From Lama glama (Eukaryota): DNA of 64,000 nt. A program made the translations under genes and the position numbers. Each line of letters begins with the position of its first letter. The first letter of the stretch is position 1. The notes under the pieces were generated by a model. That model saw only the letters and a list, made by a program, of their open reading frames with translations. It was not told the DNA's origin and searched no databases. The stretch is from the NCBI GenBank assembly GCA_028534125.1, contig CM052850.1:2356001-2420000 (forward strand). Direction: 5' to 3'. Positions 56,042 through 64,000 of the stretch are shown here, in pieces.

Positions 56042-56095
56042 CTGAATGAATTCAGAACCAGCTCTGCCAGTGTGGCTGGTTCTGAATGCATTCAG
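56042..56095. repeat. 21-bp inverted repeat (1 mismatch) with 12-nt loop
   Basis: ctgaatgaattcagaaccagc (56042-56062) pairs with gctggttctgaatgcattcag (56075-56095). Confidence 0.9.
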
Positions 56096-58799
56096 AAGAC
56101 CTGACCCATCTTAGAGTCGAGGGCAGAGTGTCAAGTGTCAGGAAAGTGACATACTTCAATGAAAAGAATGTAATAAAGGCTAATGTGGGAACTCTGGTTC
56201 CTTCTGGCATCAAGAGGCAGATTGCCTCATGTTTTCCTTCTCTGGCTAAGGACTGAACAATGAATGGCCAAGTGCGGCTGTGACCCAGATGCCCCGCGGG
56301 CCAGGGAGTCCTGAACTTCCCTAAGGCCCTGCTACGATGGGAAGTGGCCCTGGGAAGCTGTGGCATCAGGTGGCCCAGAGCCTGGGTGATTCTGACTGAG
56401 GCACAGACCCACGTTGGGGAGGAGGTGGGAGCAGAATTACTAGGTATTTTTCTTTTAAACTGTTTGGTGTTGAGAAACATCGTAGGCTGTCAGTTTACCA
56501 CTTAGAATCCAACCCGGGACAGCTCACCTGGCGACCTGACTTGAGCTAATCCAACAACATGCTGTAGAGCAATGGGAAGGGGGGGGTGCTGAGCTGGAGT
56601 CAGAACCACACACGTTCCTGTCCTCCCCTGGGGTCCCTCCTGTCCCTGCCCACCCACCTCCCCAAAGTTGGAAGCCTTCACTTAGCACTGAAGACAGGAA
56701 ACCTGAGGGCCAGACGGCATCGCCGTCACTGTGCAGGCTCCCGTAAGGCTCATGAACTCAACCTGCAGCATGGCCACATGACCCCCCCACAAGGAAGCTG
56801 ACTCTGGGGGTGACCCAAAGTGGGGGGATGTGCCCGATGTGCACATACCCAGAAATGCCAAGGCTGGCCCATCTCTGCTTTCCCACTCAGCAGGCCGGGA
56901 AGCAGGAGTGATGGCAACGGGGTGTGAGGAAACCGGGAAAAGCAGGTTCTGCTCTTTCAGTGGAAAATAATTATCAAACAGAAGAATTCCTCTTTTTCAG
57001 ATAGAAAATGATAAAAGAGAAAGGTTTCATAGATCCAGTCACTCACCAGACTTTTCTTGAAACCTCAGAGAGGAAAAAGCACAGTCAGGATATTTATAGT
57101 TGGCAAACACTCCGTGTCTCCATATGGCCCAGAAAGGGGGGTGCCGGGAGGGCAGTGGGGTGCGGGAGAGTCGTAGCCAACCTCTGCCCAAACTCTCGCC
57201 CTCTATCCAGGTACTGGGCTTACAGAGGGAGACCTGAGTGTTCTTATAAATGCTTTATAATGTAAAAGTGGGCTGGCGTGAACAGGAAAGGTGCAATATG
57301 GGTATTTTTCCATTTATTTTCTTGCCCCCTGGTGTGCCCACACAGAAAATAAACCCCCTTCCCCTCCTCCTCAACAGTCAGTAAAGTCCCCACGTGGGGT
57401 TTGTCGGGTTTACATTATAAAGAATCCCTTCACTTGCTGTATGCAGCTACAGAGAAGAGAGCTTTCTCTTCAGCCACTACACAATCAACATATATGCTTC
57501 TAGAAGACATACATGACGGCAGGTGCAGACCTCCGCAGGAGGAGGGCTCAGCTTTCCCTGAGAATTCAGCTAGAGGCCGTTTTCTCCCCTTGGTTAGGGG
57601 TGCTGCTCTCAGGACACGGGCTGGGTTCTGAGAAGGCTCTGGCTGACACTTCTGATTCCTGAGGAGCCACGTAAAGGGGTTACCATGGCAATTACCATCA
57701 GTTCTGCTCACACTGGACAACAGCCTTTGCAGAAGCCTCAGTAGGGTGAGGTTCAATTTCCGCGAGAGAGACAGACAGGGGTTAAGCTTATCCGAATGGT
57801 GGATATTCCTAGGGGCAGAAATATGGGATATGGCAATGCAAGTTGTGTCCACAGGGAGGGAGGTCCTTGACAAGCCTACAGGAAAACTCACATGTGGCTT
57901 CCTGTTGGTCTGAGCCCCGGAGCAGTGCCCCACAGTGGGACGTGGGCCTTATTCCGAAGTCAACCTGCCCCAGGCTAGGCCTTCGCTCTGCTGGCAGCGG
58001 AGACCCTGGCTAACCCTACCAAAGTCATGGGAAAGCTGAATTCTCTGTGCCCTTAATAAGGAGAGGGAGAGAACAGAGTTAGGAAGCACGAGCACATGAG
58101 CAAGAGAAAGCGCTTCCTGGACCTCAGCAAACGTGGGGATGGCCAGAGGAGTGGGGTGGGGAGGGGGAGGGGAGCCCACTCCAGGAGCAGGAGAAAGGGG
58201 AGAGGAAATGCGCATGGCAAGCTGAGAAGGGTGCTAACAAAAGAGAGTGTGGATGGAGAAGGATGAGCAAATGCCATCTACACCTCAGAGGGAAATGAAT
58301 AAGAACAGTCAAGTGACTAAAAGCAAGTGATGGATCGTACCTCTCAATCCATCACATACGCGTGGACCCCAGGACCAGGGGGTTCCTGGGGTTCCCTGCA
58401 CTGTACCTGGTCTGAGCACCAACAGAGAGGCTTCGGCTCCGGGCGGTTAAGGCTCCCCCTGCCGCCAGCACCAAAACTACCACCGCCAAGTTTCAAAAGG
58501 CACAAAGAAAGAACAAGACAGGTGACGGCCCTCCAGCCCAGCGTCGCTGCCCCGGATCTGAGGAGAGAGGGCTGGACTGCAGACCTGGGGAGGCCCGCAG
58601 AGGCTTCCTCTCACACACACCTCCTCCCCACCGGCACCGACCCAGGCCAGGTGTGTGCTGGACACACAACCGCCATGGCGTGGAAACCAGCCTGTGCTCA
58701 TCTTCCACTGATGCCTCCACACACCTTCTGCTCCCTAGTCAGACTTCACCACGTGATGGAGAATGGGAGTGGAAGAGGGGGAGTTCACATTCCTGCATC

Positions 58800-58970
58800 A
58801 CTCACACTGTGTCAGGCCCTGGACTAAGCACTCGACACACGGTATTTTGTTTCTACGGCCGAGATGAGACACTGAGGTTAAGAGGGTTAGTATCCTGCGA
58901 TGTTGCTCGAGGCCATGAAACTGGGAAGTAGAGGAGCTGGGATTCCAGCCAGTGCCTTCCTGACTCCACA
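58800..58970 (-). mobile_element. MIR SINE fragment
   Basis: gagatgagacactgaggttaagagggttag...ggagctgggattccagcc. Confidence 0.55.
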
Positions 58971-59239
58971 GCCCAGGCCCCTCCTTCCAGCCCAGCGAGC
59001 CCTGTTCTTCCTCCAGAGGGAGCGGCTTCTTTCCTACATGCTTCTCTCCCCTTGTCCTTTATTTCTTCAAAGAGAGACAACTTATTTTACTGAGATCAAA
59101 AATAACAGAGAAGAAAAGTACGGTGAACAGTGTATGCAAATGAGTTGGTAAAACGAGAAGGGACCCTGACTTTAAAAGCTCGGGGTAAGATTTCTCTCTG
59201 ACCAAAAAGGTGGACCTTCTCAGGGCGAAGGCCAATTTT

Positions 59240-59397
59240 CTTTTTTTTTAAAAAAAAATTTATTTCATTTTATTTAAATTTGGGGGGGGGTAATTAGGTT
59301 TATTTCTTTCTTTCTTTTTTAGCAGAGGTACTGGGGATTGAACCCAGGACCTCATGCATGCTAAGCATGCGCTGTACCGCTGAGCTGCACCCTCCCC
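59240..59397 (-). mobile_element. tRNA-Ala-derived SINE (camelid vic-1-like) with TSD
   Basis: Highly similar to the 53458-53594 copy; TSD cgaaggccaa(t/c)ttt at 59226-59239 and 59400-59413. Confidence 0.88.
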
Positions 59398-60951
59398 GAC
59401 GAAGGCCAACTTTGATGCTTCTTTCCACGAAGGACGAGGAAGAGGAGGGGGAGTCCCCTCCGGAGAGCGAGAATCACCTTTATTTTTACCCTGCTATGAG
59501 AGTCCATACAGGATCCAGATGCTTGGGAAAAAGTCCATACTTTTGTGTAATTTCCTCCCAAACAGCTCAGCCACGCCCAGTAAGAGGCTTCCTTGTTGTG
59601 AGCGGCACAGTGACTCCACGTGAATCTAATGGGTTAATACACTGGTGGGCCTAAGGAACAGGACACTAGAATTGTCCTGACTGCCAGCCCAGCTCTCCTC
59701 TGGGGGGCCCCCCATGGCCAGTGCAGCAATGGACATGTCCACTTCTAGGTTCTGGGAGATCTTAAACTCTTCGCATAGCAGGGAACCCCTCATCTCTCTT
59801 ACAGACAGAGGGCTCCCCACCCCCAGCCACAGAGGAACATTCCTTAACTCTCACCCCATTTCCTTCTCCACCAGAAGGGACAGGGATGGAAGCTGACAGT
59901 GTCTGGGGAGAAGGTGGGATGGATGGTCCCTTTTTGACCACTTGGATCCGGGAAGGTCAAATCTATGGTGGTGTTTGGTTCCTTCCCTTTTGTAGCTGCA
60001 GCGATGATGCCAGCTCCTGAACACTTGCCGTCTGCCCCATCACACGGTGTAGCCAGCCTTGCCTAGAAGACACGGCTCCCTCCATGCTCAGAGAGGCTGC
60101 AGGGAATTCTGCTGTGCTCTCTCTGGGAGACGGTGATATTGCTCTGATGGCGGAACAAGGTACAGACAGACCCCAAAGGCTGTCATTCATCTTCTGGGAC
60201 CTCTAACCACTAACTCAGGGAAAAGGCCCTGACCACAGGCCTACTTCCTCCCTACATCCCAGAGGGCTAAGAGAGCCCTTGCCTGGATCAATGTTTGAAA
60301 AATAAACAAAGAAACAAAACAAAAAACCAAAAAACCCTAATGTAATAAACATGGTTTAGTCTCCCGAATGGTTTAAGACGATATTGCTAAGTGTGTTACC
60401 AAGGAAGGTTGGAAAGTCTTCCCTTCCAGAGCTTACTAACATATTACCACGGTTCTTACGTTCCTAGAACAGCGCTGGGGCACCCCTGCTCATGCACAGG
60501 GCGTCTCCCCAGGCCCGGGATTCTATGATCCTCAGCTCTGCTCACCCTCTGCATTCTTCTTTCAAGCTGATCCTCCGTTTGACAGAATCAAGCAGGGAAA
60601 GGGTCTGTCACCTGTCCCTGGGTCCCTCCCTGAGCCTGTGGGGGCACTGCCCACACAGGGGAGGCCTGCGCAGGCTTCCTCATCACACAGGAGGGAACTC
60701 CAGGGCTTTGACTTCTCCCTACAGATTCTCCCTGCCCCTCCTTCACCAGCCCTACCCCTCAGGGCGAGTGAGCTGAAGCTACCGGCTCTTAGGAGCTGAG
60801 CCAAGGGCGATGGGGAAGCAGCCCCCAGGGCAGCGTTTGCTGGCACCACTGAGTGAACTATTTCTCAGACTGGCCCTGGAGAAGACCTCTCATCAGCCAG
60901 CCTCAGGAGGAAGGGAAGGAAGGGAACTGAGTGAGAAAAAGGGGTTACTTA

Positions 60952-61263
<312 letters not shown>

Positions 61264-61761
61264 TCAATTAGACAGCTTGGCTCCCAGGACCCTGCCGCAC
61301 CCCTCCTCTCATGAGTGGTTCCGAGCACCACCATCACCACGTATGCACAGATGGGAGGAATCCCAGACGGGTGAGACTGGGAACAGCACTGACGTGCGGC
61401 GTACTCGGGCGGTGGGGGACAGAGTGGAGGGCGGTGGCATCTTGGGCCGTGGCAGGTACCCAGGCTCCAACCAGGAAGCACGCTAGGGAGGTGAGAACCG
61501 TCCCCACCCCTGCAGCACTCTTGACGCCTGCCTGAGGCGGGGCCTGGCTCCTCCTTCTCGGGCCACGCCCTCCTCGAAACAGATCTATGCAGTCATGTCA
61601 TGACACGACAGACGTGACCCGGATCTGAGGCCAGAGGGGGGGTCAGCAGAGGCCCCACTGTCACTGGAGGTGACAGCCCTGGGCAAGGGCACTGTACTAG
61701 AGAAGGTGACCAGTGACCCATCCAAACCCCCAGCGCCCAGGTTTGCCCTACAGGCTCTCAC

Positions 61762-61821
61762 CTTTATAACCATCTCAAAGGTGAACACGCCGGTGAAAAC
61801 ATAGTCAAAATACCTCAGCAC
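61762..61821 (-). CDS. CACNA1E: Cav2.3 exon ~24, IIIS2 (VLRYFDYVFTGVFTFEMVIK)
   Basis: 60 nt, ttacag/gtgaga, phase 0/0. Confidence 0.96.
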
Positions 61822-62493
61822 CTGTAAGACACACAAAGGGAAGAGGAAGAGGACCACATGTGACCGTGGGCTCCATGCACTCCACAGACATGGGCATTCT
61901 TACCTCCAAACAGAAGCTTGTAACTGCTAGTTGGATGCAGGGAGGAGAGGAGCCATGGAAACCATGGGGGTCGCACAACCCGGTGGCCAGGACTTGGTCC
62001 TTCCCTCCCCGGGGTCAGAACTTCACGTCCTGGGGCTGAACTGCTCCACAAATCTCTCCCTTTCTGGAATCCTTGTCAGTTCAAATCCTCCCCACCTCTC
62101 TCACACCTTGCAACATCCTCCCGGGAGCCCTCCAAGAGACGTCTCAGCTCCCCATCTTCACTCACATCACCCACCACCCTATGCCGGATCCCGCTTCCAA
62201 CCCAGGCATGGCCGTAGACCCCCTCTTCCAAAGCCCTGACTGGCTCTGGGTGTACAGCCTGCTGCTGACGCACCAAGGCAAGCAGTGATATTGGGGAGTT
62301 AGGGTCGGGGTGAGGGCTGGTCTTGAAATGCTTCACACTTTGCCCTTAGGAACAGGGATGGGCAATTTCCCAAGCCTTCCTCATCCCCAGGAACCTTCCT
62401 TAGTTCCCCTCTAGTGCTGGGATGGGAGGGAGCTGGGACAGAGCAGGTACCAGGGCACTAAGGAGGTTAGCAAACGGCCCCCTGGGTACCCAC

Positions 62494-62623
62494 TTTGTTG
62501 CGCTCCGAGTTGGTCAGGACGGGGTCCTCGGCCGCCAGGGCGATGCTGCTGGCTGCGATCACCAGGAGGATGCACATCTCGAAGTAGCGCAGGTTCACGA
62601 TGTAGTGGCAGGCCCTGCGGATG
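62494..62623 (-). CDS. CACNA1E: Cav2.3 exon ~23, IIIS1 ([20 protein letters not shown]...NSERNK)
   Basis: 130 nt, cccag/gtgggt, phase 2/0; within ORF 62467..62703. Confidence 0.96.
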
Positions 62624-63758
62624 CTGGGGGGCAGGGCGGAGGGGCCTGCTGAGCCGGCCCCCTCCCTCCCATCCCCACCCTCGCTCCCCACCCCCAAGCA
62701 CATCAGCCTCTCCCAGACAGCCAGGCCCTGGCCGGAGGAAGAAGCCGTGGGGAGAGCAATTTAATTTCTGAGGCACCACCCTTGATTTAAAGCCCCAGTG
62801 GGGAAGGTAATCAGATTGGTTAGAGGCCGCGGTACGCAAGCCAAGATACATTATCTTGCAAGTGCCTCTGAGCTGTGGGCGCAGCAGCAGCACCAGGCTA
62901 TACACACGGTACCTTCCACCGTGTCTCAAGGTCTACGCCCCTCGCTGCACAGAAACTGGGGCAGAGCAAGGAAAGCAGAAGAACCAAGACACAGAAAACC
63001 AGGCCTGGATTCTAAGACTCCTGATGAAAGCAGCAAGAGGTTTCCGTGAGCCTCGGGGACTCTGATCAAAGTCACTACAGACCACACCCCACTCTCAGCT
63101 GGCCTGACGTACCCTGTTAGGTTCGTTCCTTCCCCCCCAGGGCCTTGGCCGAATGCTGCCCACACGGTCACTGGAAGCCCTCCCGTCTTCCGGGACCACC
63201 TGGATGTCTTGCTCACTTCCAGGGCAGAAGGCAAATTTTCCCTTTCAAAATTCCATCTTTCCTGAATCTAACCTCCCTGATTCTTCCATGCGACCCCATC
63301 TCATGGCCCTGCCTCTGCTCCGAGGAACACGTCCACTTCGGAATTCACACGGAGGGCAGCCAATGGCTAGTCTAGTTACCCCAGGCTCTGTGCTCAGCCC
63401 CGCCCACCTCTGGAATACTGGGTGACACATTCTAAGTAGGTTTCTCTCCTTCCCACCCCCTGGCACCTACTGACCAAAGAGCAGGTGAAGGGTCTTCCTT
63501 ACGACATTTCTCCTGCTGTCCTGCCTTAAATTACCCTTTAGACTCTGGGCACAGAGTTCTGAGTCTGTTAATAAATTCCATGATCCACCTCAACTCACGA
63601 GTACCCTGGATGCTTCAGATGTCTGGCCATGTACCACCAGGGAGGGTCAGGAGGAAGACCAGACCCTCATCCCTCCTCTTCCTCCTCACCCCGCCCCGAC
63701 TCAAACCCTGCTTGTGGACCTCGGCATCAAAGGCGGGTGGTGATGGAGGGCGCCTTAC

Positions 63759-63918
63759 GGGTTGGTGGTGCTGAAGATGAACATGGAGCTGTGGGGCACC
63801 ATGGCTTTGCCCGTCTCACGCTTCTCCTTCTTCTGCTGCTGCTTCTCCACCTCCTCCTCCTCCTCCTTGATCTCTGCTTCCTTCAACGGACTGGCTTCTC
63901 CATCAGTCTTGTTGCTAA
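63759..63918 (-). CDS. CACNA1E: Cav2.3 exon ~22, end of II-III loop ([15 protein letters not shown]...[12 protein letters not shown])
   Basis: 160 nt, ttgcag acceptor and gtaagg donor, phase 1/2; read directly, not in ORF track. Confidence 0.95.
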
Positions 63919-64000
63919 CTGCAAGAGGAACAGATGGACATCTTCAGAAACATGTGAGAATGGTGCCCTGCATTTCCCACTGGGGATGGGATGGAGGAGA

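Overview
Mammalian genomic DNA, probably camelid given two tRNA-Ala-derived SINEs of the vic-1 type. The window holds the 3' part of CACNA1E (Cav2.3, R-type voltage-gated Ca2+ channel alpha-1E) on the minus strand. I could place 26 coding exons with GT-AG boundaries and consistent phases. They run from the end of the II-III loop through repeats III and IV, the IQ domain and the distal C-terminus (ending ...EEDDKC*), followed by at least 2.8 kb of probable 3' UTR. Exon numbers 22-48 are counted back from a 48-exon human model and are approximate. The set includes a 12-nt microexon (NALG) and the 129-nt C-terminal cassette exon, neither of which is in the ORF track. One required exon, the 97-nt EF-hand exon, is absent from the readable sequence. 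Its intron has two small N-gaps (148 and 164 nt), each starting right after a 3' splice-site-like tract, which suggests a tandem pair of similar, mutually exclusive EF-hand exons hidden in the gaps. Other leads are an in-frame 48-nt candidate cassette exon in the C-terminus, two near-perfect intronic hairpins and a chimeric insertion flanked by a possible target-site duplication (TSD). Repeat family names are from recall of consensus sequences, not from a search.
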